DNA from: a virus
Lineage: Duplodnaviria > Caudoviricetes
Strand: one strand, 5' to 3'
Virus record (IMG/VR): IMGVR_UViG_3300012157_000005
Coordinates: 1 to 35,826 of that record
Length of the DNA: 35,826 bases
Positions 9,773 to 18,472 of this stretch are shown here, piece after piece. Each line of letters starts with the position of its first letter. The stretch's first letter is position 1. The notes beneath the pieces are model-generated. The model had not been told where the DNA came from, searched no databases, and saw only the letters and a program-made list of their open reading frames with translations. The translations under genes and the position numbers were made by a program.

Positions 9773-11305
9773 TTAAAATGGAGTATTATCTGCTACAACA
9801 CCAGCTTTTTTAAGTTCAGCAGAATTCAATGAAATAGAATGAACCAATGCCCAAAGTTCCTGGTCAGCACGTATATCTTCAATGTATGCATGAGCGTCAA
9901 GAATATCATCACGATTTGTTTTCTTACCAATACGATATTGCAAGGCCTGGAAAACAAATTTGTGACGAACTTCTGGACTTAGAATGTAAGCTGTCAATGC
10001 AATAAGTTGTTGAATAAAGATACGAATACGAGAATCTTTACTCTTATTCTTTGGTGTTACTTCTTTAATAATAAAGTGATCTGATAGACCAGCACGTTTA
10101 AGTTCTTCAGTGAACCAAAAACACAAGGTTTGTTGATATGCTACAGATTCAACAAAAATGATACGAATATTATAAATAAGACAAAGTTCAACTGTTTTCT
10201 CAATAATTTCTTTTGGATTAAGAATACCAGAAATCATTCCACGTATATAAGGAACTGCATTCATTACATGAACTGCAAGACAAACATTATCATCTGATGC
10301 TTTATGAAAGCCAGCTGGATCAACAATACAGAAACCAGCATCAGGATTAAGTTCTTCTTCTTTAAGAGGACATGTAGGAAGAATTCCTTTTGGAAGAAGA
10401 GAAATACGTTCAAGAATTGGATCATTCATCATTTCAGCAAACCAGATATAAGCAAGATTTAAAGCTTCATCATGCTTGAATTCTTCATATAAGGCTTCAA
10501 GAGGCCGAAGTTCTTCCCAAAGAGATTTACCATCTGCAAGAATACAACCTGTGATAAGAGATGTCCAATATGGATTTTCTTTAAGTTTATAAAGAATACA
10601 GTTTTGAGGATACATATTGCCTATGTATGCTACAACTGCAAAGACTGGATCAACACATTTCAAAAGTGTCCCAACAAACCAGTTTAGTAAATGAGTTGCC
10701 TCTGTATCAGATTCTGCATTCTCTTTTGTTTGCATATCATCACATAGAACAAAGTCTGGACGTTCATGAACTATATTAAGACCACGAACGGAAGTTCCTG
10801 AACCAATAGCAGCAATAATCACTGTGTGCCGGCGATAGAGACATTTTTTAAGTTTGGCATTATCTATTGCAAGACCACCAGACCAATTGCCATAGATTGC
10901 AACCATATTAGGAGCAGATAACATTTCAGAAACGTCAGCCAAGAAGTTCTCAGCATGTGGTTCAGTAGCACATACAATAAGAATAAAGTTGATAAAGTCA
11001 TATACAATAAGCCATGTAACAAGAAGTTTTAGAAATGTAGTCTTTGCAAAACCGCGTGGAAGGCCTAGAGCAAACCTTAGAACTCTTTTTACCTGTCTTT
11101 CATCTTTATCTCTTATTGCCTTAATAAGAAGCATCCATATTGCAATGTATTCAAAAGGCCATTTAAATGTACAAACTGTAGGAAGACAAAGAGTTGAAAA
11201 GTATTGAAACGAATTAAAACCCTCATCAAAAGCTTCTTTGCTATTGACTTTAGTTTGTGTAAGACGAGAATGAGGACTACTTATTAGTGGTGTTGGTTGA
11301 TCCAT
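9773..11305 (-). CDS. terL: Terminase large subunit
   Basis: Walker A LPRGFAKTT, Walker B FVLCDD, RNase H-like nuclease motifs IVDPAG and DDILDA. Confidence 0.92.
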   Translation of the reverse strand: MDQPTPLISSPHSRLTQTKVNSKEAFDEGFNSFQYFSTLCLPTVCTFKWPFEYIAIWMLLIKAIRDKDERQVKRVLRFALGLPRGFAKTTFLKLLVTWLIVYDFINFILIVCATEPHAENFLADVSEMLSAPNMVAIYGNWSGGLAIDNAKLKKCLYRRHTVIIAAIGSGTSVRGLNIVHERPDFVLCDDMQTKENAESDTEATHLLNWFVGTLLKCVDPVFAVVAYIGNMYPQNCILYKLKENPYWTSLITGCILADGKSLWEELRPLEALYEEFKHDEALNLAYIWFAEMMNDPILERISLLPKGILPTCPLKEEELNPDAGFCIVDPAGFHKASDDNVCLAVHVMNAVPYIRGMISGILNPKEIIEKTVELCLIYNIRIIFVESVAYQQTLCFWFTEELKRAGLSDHFIIKEVTPKNKSKDSRIRIFIQQLIALTAYILSPEVRHKFVFQALQYRIGKKTNRDDILDAHAYIEDIRADQELWALVHSISLNSAELKKAGVVADNTPF

Positions 11306-11385
11306 TTAGCGAATTAAACAAAGCAGTTTTTCCATGTTGACGTGGAAAAGAAATAAAAATACGAGACAAAGCATACACAAGCTTA

Positions 11386-11976
11386 TTAGCTTGCTGTTGC
11401 TGTGGCTGGGTAAGTTGCAACATCAAATTTTCTTGGTTCTTTTGCATTTTTAATTTCCTTAACTTCTTTCCTCTTATCCTCTAGTTTTCCAAATAAGTCT
11501 TTGACTCCATCAATAGGCATTGAAGCCATATTACGATCACCTATTGCAACAATTTCAGCATTACCATTCATTAAGACTTTTTCACTTCCTACACCTTGAG
11601 GAAGCATAAGAGTAACAACATTATTATTAATGATTGAGGGTTGTCCAAGGCCGGCTGGATTGCGATACATGATACGATTTTTTGCAATGACTTCCAAAGC
11701 ACGGCAAAGAGCAGGAAGTTCAGCAAATTCAGATTTAGCCTCTGTTTCAATTTTATTAAGTAAAGCTTCTTCAGTTTTTGCATACTTGGCTTCAATACGA
11801 GTTCCACGCAGTTCCAAGCCACGAGCTTTTACCAATTCCCTAAATTCTTGATTCTTTAAGAGTTCTTGTATTTTTTCTATTGATACGCCACAAAGCTTTG
11901 CCACCTCGGAGGCAGATTCGCCAGCCGCTAAGAACTCACAAATTGTATTCTCTACGTTCTCCAAGATTTCTGTCAC
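11386..11976 (-). CDS. Putative terminase small subunit
   Basis: N-terminal HTH (ASEVAKLCGVSIEKIQELL); directly upstream of TerL; GTG start with GGAGG SD. Confidence 0.65.
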   Translation of the reverse strand: MTEILENVENTICEFLAAGESASEVAKLCGVSIEKIQELLKNQEFRELVKARGLELRGTRIEAKYAKTEEALLNKIETEAKSEFAELPALCRALEVIAKNRIMYRNPAGLGQPSIINNNVVTLMLPQGVGSEKVLMNGNAEIVAIGDRNMASMPIDGVKDLFGKLEDKRKEVKEIKNAKEPRKFDVATYPATATAS

Positions 11977-12190
11977 ACAAACCCTCCAAATTGTTGTTAC
12001 ATAAGAATCCTACTTCACAAAGCATCTTATCATACTAAGGCACCTAGAATCTATCAAAATCCCGCAATTGTTGCTTCTATGTTTTATGTTATTAACAAAA
12101 TTTAATAAGAATCCAATATTTCCTTAATTTTTGGGAAAAATGGTGAATTTTTTTGACAGTTAGTAGGTTGAAGCAGCAAGCGGCCAGATC

Positions 12191-12214
12191 AAAAAAAAGC
12201 CACCCGGAGGTGGC
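12191..12214 (-). terminator. Rho-independent terminator of the leftward early unit
   Basis: Minus strand GCCACC-TCCG-GGTGGC followed by T8. Confidence 0.85.
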
Positions 12215-12248
12215 CTTAAGTCTTTGATTGCTTTGCCTTGTCTGATTC

Positions 12249-12527
12249 TTACTTTGTGAAATCCAAGCTTGCCTTGAATGATTGGTGACATGGCCGCCGG
12301 TAGCGATACCCTTGCACCTTAGCAATCTGGGTTAGCCTGATTGCTGTGCGTATGCTCATGCCACAGCTTGCCATCATCTTGCCAGCCATGTAATGACCAT
12401 ATCTTAGGACAGCTACGATTGCACCAGCAAACAACGGCCCATGCCTTGTTGATCGCATTACCTCTTGACCTTGCTTAGTGTTGCTCAGGTTGTAAAACTT
12501 GTTTCTTGTTACGCTTGCATCGCACAT
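12249..12527 (-). CDS. Small basic hypothetical early protein
   Basis: 92 aa; AAAGGAAA SD upstream of ATG; ends just before the terminator. Confidence 0.6.
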   Translation of the reverse strand: MCDASVTRNKFYNLSNTKQGQEVMRSTRHGPLFAGAIVAVLRYGHYMAGKMMASCGMSIRTAIRLTQIAKVQGYRYRRPCHQSFKASLDFTK

Positions 12528-12580
12528 TGAAATTTCCTTTCAGAGTTTGCCCATCATTGAGAACCTACTTTTGATTCAAA

Positions 12581-12626
12581 CAGCGCACTAAGCTTGTGAC
12601 CTAATGCGCTGCAAGTATCAACTTGC
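12581..12626 (-). promoter_or_regulatory. Tandem hairpins after the 231-aa gene (possible attenuator or processing site)
   Basis: RNA GCAAGU-UGAU-ACUUGC, then CAGCGCAUUAGG-UCACAAG-CUUAGUGCGCUG followed by UUUG. Confidence 0.45.
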
Positions 12627-12636
12627 CAATGTTGTG

Positions 12637-13332
12637 CTACGACAAGTCAAGTTCTTCAGACTCCACCGCTGCGTTAAGCGATTCGTTCAGTTCCGCAAGC
12701 TTCGGGGCAAACCGTGCTTGTTTCTCTGCGGTAAGACCCTTGCCCCATTCCTCGCAATGCATCCCCAGTGCTTCAACATACTTCGGGGATGCACTTCCCA
12801 ACACGCGAGCACTGTTATAGAAAAGCTCGCCAAGCGCAGCAATAACGTTTGCTTTCTTGTTTTTCCCTTGAAGGAAAGCTTCAAAATCCGCTTTTGCTTC
12901 CCTGCGAATCTTGAGTGCTTCGCCGCTACGGGCGCTTTCTGCTGTCAGGGTTTCAAAGTCAACGGGCAACTGCTTGCCGGCATCAGGACTGAGAACAGCT
13001 TGTAAATCTTCCTTTGCTGGCTTTGCCTTGATTGTGCCGCTGAAATAATTCCTGACCTTTGCAGCCACGCTTGCAGCGATTGCTTGTTGCAGGTAGTCGT
13101 GCTTGTCGTCAGCATAGACAGGGATACCGTCGTCTTTTCCTACCATCAGTTCCCCCGTTTTCTCATCCTTCGCTTGGACTGCCGTGATTCCGAAATCCGC
13201 AAGTGAAGGATACGGAACCATTGCGTAACCGACAACGATACGTTCTTTTTCCGGCTTGCCCTTTTTGTCGAGCTTGCCAGTCGGGACTGTCTTGCTCAAT
13301 TCCAATCGCATTTTGTTTGCAAATGCACTCAT
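12637..13332 (-). CDS. Hypothetical early protein, GC-rich gene with acidic C-terminus
   Basis: 231 aa; GGAG SD; first gene after the leftward sigma70 promoter; ends ESEELDLS. Confidence 0.85.
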   Translation of the reverse strand: MSAFANKMRLELSKTVPTGKLDKKGKPEKERIVVGYAMVPYPSLADFGITAVQAKDEKTGELMVGKDDGIPVYADDKHDYLQQAIAASVAAKVRNYFSGTIKAKPAKEDLQAVLSPDAGKQLPVDFETLTAESARSGEALKIRREAKADFEAFLQGKNKKANVIAALGELFYNSARVLGSASPKYVEALGMHCEEWGKGLTAEKQARFAPKLAELNESLNAAVESEELDLS

Positions 13333-13353
13333 GGTAATTTACTCCAAGTGATC

Positions 13354-13503
13354 GAACACAATTTTATGGGCCTGTGTTCTTTGCCCACGTTTTCGTGGAA
13401 ATGGACGTACCATCGTCCCTGCATGTTGCTAGCTGTCTCTTGCACTGCAGTCTGTCCTAAGACCCTGCTTGTATGCAATGTGATGACTATCCACCACGAA
13501 AAC
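13354..13503 (-). ncRNA. Candidate structured 5' leader RNA (multibranch domain plus H-type pseudoknot)
   Basis: GUUUUCGUGG (13503-13494) pairs with CCACGAAAAC (13398-13389); internal stems; pseudoknot GUGGGC-AAA-GAACACA-G-GCCCAU-AAAAU-UGUGUUC (13388-13354). Confidence 0.6.
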
Positions 13504-13509
13504 ATAATC

Positions 13510-13547
13510 ACTATACTTACTTGCATCGAGAGAGTCAAATTTATTTT
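13510..13547 (-). promoter_or_regulatory. Leftward sigma70-type promoter with UP-like element
   Basis: TTGACT (13538-13533), 17-nt spacer, TATAGT (13515-13510), preceded by AAAATAAAT; predicted +1 G at 13503. Confidence 0.8.
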
Positions 13548-13625
13548 CAGGGTATCAGGTTGTCACGGCATCAAACCTGCGCTAGCTCTAACCCGTAACC
13601 CCTGACCGCCTTAGCTCCAGCTTGA

Positions 13626-13914
13626 CCGGGACTGCGGAATTTTGACCCCTTACCCTCTATCCGCCAAGTGACCATCCCCCGATCTAGGCAGATATATATA
13701 CATATGCAGATATATATATATCCCTTATACTATATATCTTGCCAGACTAGGTTATTGACTCTCTCTTTCTTAAAATTGATATACCCTTATAAAACCATGA
13801 GTGGAGATAGTATCAGGCAGATGCATAGATGAGAACCTAACTATAGATATCAGGTTAAGGGGCAGAGGTCACTTCGGGGGATGAGGGCATACCCCAAAAA
13901 TTCCGCAGTTCCGG
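13626..13914. repeat. Imperfect inverted repeat flanking an AT-rich core (origin-like)
   Basis: CCGGGACTGCGGAATTTT (13626-13643) vs AAAATTCCGCAGTTCCGG (13897-13914), 17/18 match; AAGTGACC (13666-13673) vs GGTCACTT (13867-13874); both centred on 13770; GCAGATATATATA repeats inside. Confidence 0.75.
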
Positions 13915-13955
13915 CAGGCCGTAAGCTGATGATTTTTAGGGGCAAAACGGCCAAA

Positions 13956-13994
13956 AAAATAAATTTGACTTCCGCCCCGTTTTTCCGGTAAAAT
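13956..13994 (+). promoter_or_regulatory. Rightward sigma70-type promoter with UP-like element
   Basis: AAAATAAAT, TTGACT (13965-13970), 18-nt spacer, TAAAAT (13989-13994); first 15 nt identical to the leftward promoter. Confidence 0.7.
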
Positions 13995-14059
13995 GGGGTA
14001 TCTGAATAGAAATTAGCAAACAAACAAGCAAACAGCAACAGACAAACAATGGAAACAAA

Positions 14060-15379
14060 ATGATAAACATAACAGAGCCAATTCACGTATTAACATACAG
14101 ATTCCAGAATGAATCCATATATCACAAAGAATATGGAAACTATACTGATTTACGTGATTTTGTTAATGACTTTAATAGCCTAGACATTCTTGCTCTATTA
14201 AATTGTCATTACATTAAGAAAAACAATCTAGGCAATTTCAATCTGTCAGATAGACTAATCGAGCATTTCATAAATCCATTACCGGACAAGCTTGATCTGT
14301 CTAGAATCAAAGAAAAACAAACAGCACAAACAGCACAAACAGCAAGCAAGGTTGGTAAGAGTTTATTGAAACCAATTGCTCAGAGTGTTAGCTATTACGT
14401 TAAAGCTAACAACGAACATAAAGCCTGTTTCATTCACCTATACGAGCATACAACAGTCACATGCTCTGAGACAGGAATTTCCTTTTCTTGTCAACTCCCA
14501 ATTCCCGGAAAGCTTAACCTAGAAGTTATCCATCCGTTAAGCTTCTATTCCAATGTTAGAGATGTAATACGCACTTACAGCAATCAAGGAATATTCCTAG
14601 AATCTGAGCTTTCAGCACAGGTTCTTTCTGGTATGCTACTTACAATCCTTAAGCATAAAAAGCTTTTGATTTGCCATGATTACGTTCAGGCAAATCTTTG
14701 CTTACAACATGCCAAGATACAAACTCTTTCCTCAGCAGTTCGCTATTTCAATGGAATTTCTTCTAGTCTTAGTATGCCTCAATTGCACCTTATCCCCGAG
14801 GCAATCTATGACTTTTTTCATGCTCCCATCTCTTTAACAAAAGAACAAATCATTGCTGACCGTGTTGAAGTTATGATTCAAAACTTTATCAAGGTTTGCA
14901 AGGGTGAAAGCGAGGGAGAGACAAGAATTGCTGGAACCATTCTCAAAACAAAACAAGAAAAAATAGGAGCAAAGGTTAAAATCTATGGTGGCAACATAGA
15001 CATAGAACACAGACAAGCATTAGGACGTGAGAAGCTTGGAAAACAAATTTTAGCCAAACTTCAAACTCTGTTCCCAGTCCCTACATTCTCGCAAGCTTTC
15101 TACGATATGCTCTATTCAAAGCTTGATGCTTTTATGTTCTTAGGAACGGAAAAGCGTGTTGAAATCAGCAAACAAATTGTTGAAAAGTTCGGCGAGCATA
15201 AACTAGGCCGTCAATTGGCTGAGTTATTCGCTACAACAAAAACAGAAACAATGGAACTTGGATTGACAACCTTTTCTCAGGAACTAGAGCAAAACTTGGG
15301 AGAATGGAAAGGACAAAAACGCAGGTTTAACTTATTTGCCTCTAAGGTTGTTAACGAAAAGGAAAATAAAAATGATTGA
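14060..15379 (+). CDS. Hypothetical protein, first gene of the rightward arm
   Basis: 439 aa ORF; no family recognised. Confidence 0.8.
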   Translation: MINITEPIHVLTYRFQNESIYHKEYGNYTDLRDFVNDFNSLDILALLNCHYIKKNNLGNFNLSDRLIEHFINPLPDKLDLSRIKEKQTAQTAQTASKVGKSLLKPIAQSVSYYVKANNEHKACFIHLYEHTTVTCSETGISFSCQLPIPGKLNLEVIHPLSFYSNVRDVIRTYSNQGIFLESELSAQVLSGMLLTILKHKKLLICHDYVQANLCLQHAKIQTLSSAVRYFNGISSSLSMPQLHLIPEAIYDFFHAPISLTKEQIIADRVEVMIQNFIKVCKGESEGETRIAGTILKTKQEKIGAKVKIYGGNIDIEHRQALGREKLGKQILAKLQTLFPVPTFSQAFYDMLYSKLDAFMFLGTEKRVEISKQIVEKFGEHKLGRQLAELFATTKTETMELGLTTFSQELEQNLGEWKGQKRRFNLFASKVVNEKENKND

Positions 15380-15584
15380 TTCTCTTGGCTCCACTTCCTT
15401 ACAAGAAATAGATACATCAATCCTACAGTCTTGCCCTTGTCATTTTTGCCTAGCACAAGGAATTAAAGCAGATGCTTTTCTTATTTTAAGCAAAGAACAT
15501 AAGGCAACAAGATTAAAGAATCATAAACGTGTAATGTGTGATAATGGACATATCTTTTCAACAAATCAATCTTTAAGCATATAA
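15372..15584 (+). CDS. Small Zn-ribbon-like protein
   Basis: ATG 15372 with AAGGA SD; CPCHFC...CDNGH motif. Confidence 0.6.
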   Translation: MIDSLGSTSLQEIDTSILQSCPCHFCLAQGIKADAFLILSKEHKATRLKNHKRVMCDNGHIFSTNQSLSI

Positions 15585-15594
15585 GGAAAATCAA

Positions 15595-15981
15595 ATGAAT
15601 ACAAACACAAGACAACCAAGACAACCAATGAATCCAGTCTTGGTTGGAGATACAGCAAACCAAGCAAAGACTGACGCAAGCAAGAATCGTAAGACATTCT
15701 CTATTCTTATGTCTACAGGACATAAGAAAGAGGGTTTGATTCGTTCATTCCTTGTCGTGCAATCTATTTCAAGGTTTGATCGTCAAATAACTACAAAAGA
15801 TGAAACAAAGTGGCCAATTTTTCACGAACCTGAATTACAAGATGCATTCAAGAAACAAGAAGAAATCAAATGCATTATAAGCTTTCAGTCTTTTCAAGAT
15901 GGTGAATTCTTTGCCATTGCAAGACTTTATAAGGAAAATCAGGTAAACAACAAGAAAGAAAAGGATAAAACAAATGGATAA
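15595..15981 (+). CDS. Hypothetical protein
   Basis: 128 aa; AAGGA SD. Confidence 0.7.
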   Translation: MNTNTRQPRQPMNPVLVGDTANQAKTDASKNRKTFSILMSTGHKKEGLIRSFLVVQSISRFDRQITTKDETKWPIFHEPELQDAFKKQEEIKCIISFQSFQDGEFFAIARLYKENQVNNKKEKDKTNG

Positions 15982-16231
15982 GTTTCTTGATCTAAAAAAT
16001 GGTTATAAATATCGCTTTGTTGCAACAAATAGTGTAAATCAGTTTTTTCAGTTCGTAACTCCAACAAATGAAACCTTAGATATTCCTGTATTTATAATAC
16101 AGAGTCTTGGAAACAAAAAAGATATTCCTACTAAAAACCTACAGATTAAATATCTTCGTGATAAATATAAAATTGGTTTACCACTAGCAATAAGGATTTA
16201 TGAGTTTGCACTTGAAAGATACCCTTCATAA
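15974..16231 (+). CDS. Hypothetical protein
   Basis: 85 aa; AAGGA SD; overlaps the upstream stop. Confidence 0.65.
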   Translation: MDKFLDLKNGYKYRFVATNSVNQFFQFVTPTNETLDIPVFIIQSLGNKKDIPTKNLQIKYLRDKYKIGLPLAIRIYEFALERYPS

Positions 16232-16243
16232 GGAAAAACAAGC

Positions 16244-16390
16244 ATGAAAATATATAATCACTTTTGCATAACTCATATATCAAGGAAAGATTTTACAAAT
16301 CTTCTTGAAATCTTTTCTTGGTATGATAATGGTAACTGGATTTTTCCTAATTGGTTAATCATTTGGGGAAAAAGATTAGGTTATCTATGA
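16244..16390 (+). CDS. Small Trp-rich hypothetical protein (48 aa, not in ORF track)
   Basis: AAGGA SD; MKIYNHFCITHISRKDFTNLLEIFSWYDNGNWIFPNWLIIWGKRLGYL; its TGA overlaps the helicase ATG. Confidence 0.6.
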   Translation: MKIYNHFCITHISRKDFTNLLEIFSWYDNGNWIFPNWLIIWGKRLGYL

Positions 16391-18462
16391 ATCTTCTAAG
16401 TAATCTTCCCTTAACAGATAAGCAAAAAGAACAGTTAGCACAAGCGCGTGCAATTAAACAAGTAGGCCCATCTTTCTATTCGCTTTCCATATCACAAAGG
16501 GAAGCGTTAAGAAAACAATTTCGTCAAGAGATTGAAAACGAAATAAACGGAAAGGTTAAAACTCTTTATGTTCAAGATTCTACAACAATTCAAATTCAGG
16601 CAGAAAATCAGGAAGCAAAGCAAACACAAAATAAGATACAGCCAAAGAAAAACCGTTTCAGTTTACAAAATAGCAATGTTAAAGCTAGCAAACCAATTAC
16701 AGATACCAGTATCTCAAATAACAATGAATATGAGACTTCAATTTCTCCGCTTGAACAGATACAGCCCGGCGATAAATTTACGGAAGCAACTATTAAGAAA
16801 GAGGCTTTGGCACCTATCCCAAATCCGCAAAGCGATAAACCTTTTCAATCAATTAGCCCTTCAACAGGCTATGGTGGAACGAAAAAATACGAAACATTTG
16901 CATTAACCATTGAATTAAATGCAAAGCAACTACTTGCCGCTGAGTATGCTGAAGCTGGTAAATCTTTTTGTCTGACAGGTGCAGCAGGAACAGGCAAAAC
17001 AACGGCCTGTCGTGAAATCGCAAAACGTCTTTTGATGCATGGTAAACTTGGAAGTCATGATTTTAAACTTCAAGGTGGAGAGCATGTTGTAGCACCTAGT
17101 ATTGCCTTTTGTTCTTATACAAATAGAGCAACAGACAATATTAGACGTGCATTACATAAAGATCCTGATCTTGAACGCGAACTAATGTATAATGTTGTAA
17201 CCATTCATAAGCTTTTGGAATATGAACCTATTTTTTTTCAAAAACAAGATGAAGAAACAGGTGAATGGTATGACACAATGCGCTTTGAGCCTCAGCGTAA
17301 TTCACAAAGACCATTAGGCATAACTCACCTTGTCATTGAAGAATCTTCAATGCTCGGAACAGATTTGGGATTAAAGTTACTTGATGCCTTAAGGCCAGGC
17401 TGTCAAATCATTTACGTTGGTGACATTAATCAGCTTCCACCTATCTTTGCAAAATCAATGCTTAACTATGCATTGATTTTGCTTCCTGTTGTTGAACTAA
17501 CAGAAGTATATCGTCAAGCTCTTGAATCTCCCATTATTTACAATGCACATCGTTGCTTGAAGGGAGAAGAACTTCAAGATAAGCGTCCATTCTTTCAAGT
17601 TGTTTCAGGTAAAGCACTTGAAACAATGCCAACAGAATCAGGCTGTGTTAATCTCTTAGTTAATTCCCTTAAGACATGGTATAACACAACACAAGAGGAT
17701 GGAAGTAAAAAATATGATCCTGAACAAGATATTATTCTTTCTCCCTTTAACAAAGCTGATGCTGGCACTATTGTCTTGAATCAACACATTGCACAGTTCA
17801 TAGGCAAGCAACGTAATGCAATGGTTTATGAGATTCTTGCTGGAATCAGAAGGCTCTACTTGGCCGTCGGTGATCGTGTAATGGTTGACAAACAAGATGG
17901 ATATATTACAAAGATACATCACAATGCACGTTATATGGGGAAAATGCCTAAGCCTGCATCAACAGAATTAACACGCTTTGGCATTACTCTCATTGGAAAT
18001 AAAGAACGCGAGGATGAAGATATTGAACTTATCCTTGAAGGATACGCTGGCCTTAATGTTGCTGATATTCCAGAGAATGATGAAAAACCAAAGAAACAAG
18101 AAGCTTCACATATTGTTGAAGTTACCCTTGACAATGGAGCAACAGAAGTTCTTTCAACAGCCGGCGATTTTGGAGAAACAAAATTCTCTCTTGGTTATGC
18201 TCTTACAGTTCACAAAGCACAAGGTTGTGAATGGCGCAAGGTAATTATCTTGCTCCACAAATCACACGCAATCATGTTAACTCGTGAATTGCTCTACACA
18301 GCAATAACGCGGGCACGTGAGTATTGCATCATTGTTGATCTCTGCAATCAAACTCAACGAGGAATTGACAATCAACGAATCAAAGGCAATTCAATCCAAG
18401 AAAAGATTGAATGGTTTAACAGTGAAGTTTCCCTTAACGAACCAATTCCGGTGATACCATAA
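16387..18462 (+). CDS. RecD/Dda-like superfamily 1B DNA helicase
   Basis: GAAGTGKT, LVIEESSML, VGDINQLPP, LTEVYRQ, YALTVHKAQGCEW and LLYTAITRA motifs; ATG 16387 coupled to the upstream stop. Confidence 0.9.
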   Translation: MNLLSNLPLTDKQKEQLAQARAIKQVGPSFYSLSISQREALRKQFRQEIENEINGKVKTLYVQDSTTIQIQAENQEAKQTQNKIQPKKNRFSLQNSNVKASKPITDTSISNNNEYETSISPLEQIQPGDKFTEATIKKEALAPIPNPQSDKPFQSISPSTGYGGTKKYETFALTIELNAKQLLAAEYAEAGKSFCLTGAAGTGKTTACREIAKRLLMHGKLGSHDFKLQGGEHVVAPSIAFCSYTNRATDNIRRALHKDPDLERELMYNVVTIHKLLEYEPIFFQKQDEETGEWYDTMRFEPQRNSQRPLGITHLVIEESSMLGTDLGLKLLDALRPGCQIIYVGDINQLPPIFAKSMLNYALILLPVVELTEVYRQALESPIIYNAHRCLKGEELQDKRPFFQVVSGKALETMPTESGCVNLLVNSLKTWYNTTQEDGSKKYDPEQDIILSPFNKADAGTIVLNQHIAQFIGKQRNAMVYEILAGIRRLYLAVGDRVMVDKQDGYITKIHHNARYMGKMPKPASTELTRFGITLIGNKEREDEDIELILEGYAGLNVADIPENDEKPKKQEASHIVEVTLDNGATEVLSTAGDFGETKFSLGYALTVHKAQGCEWRKVIILLHKSHAIMLTRELLYTAITRAREYCIIVDLCNQTQRGIDNQRIKGNSIQEKIEWFNSEVSLNEPIPVIP

Positions 18463-18472
18463 GGAGTGTAAA

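Noticed and set aside
12604-13005. Plus-strand ORFs in the GC-rich block
   Set aside because: Antisense to the 231-aa gene, no SD, and expected by chance at higher GC.
13329-13605. ORFs 13329..13538 (-) and 13348..13605 (+)
   Set aside because: The minus ORF starts at the -35 box, upstream of the predicted +1; both are better explained by the promoter and structured leader.
14049-14063. Four-codon minigene ATG GAA ACA AAA TGA overlapping the start of the 439-aa gene
   Set aside because: The ATGGA is more simply the SD of the main gene.
14321-14344. ACAGCACAA tandem repeat (TAQTAQTA), and poly-Gln tracts in the scaffold gene
   Set aside because: Short in-frame slippage repeats in probable linkers; no sign of phase variation or of an array.
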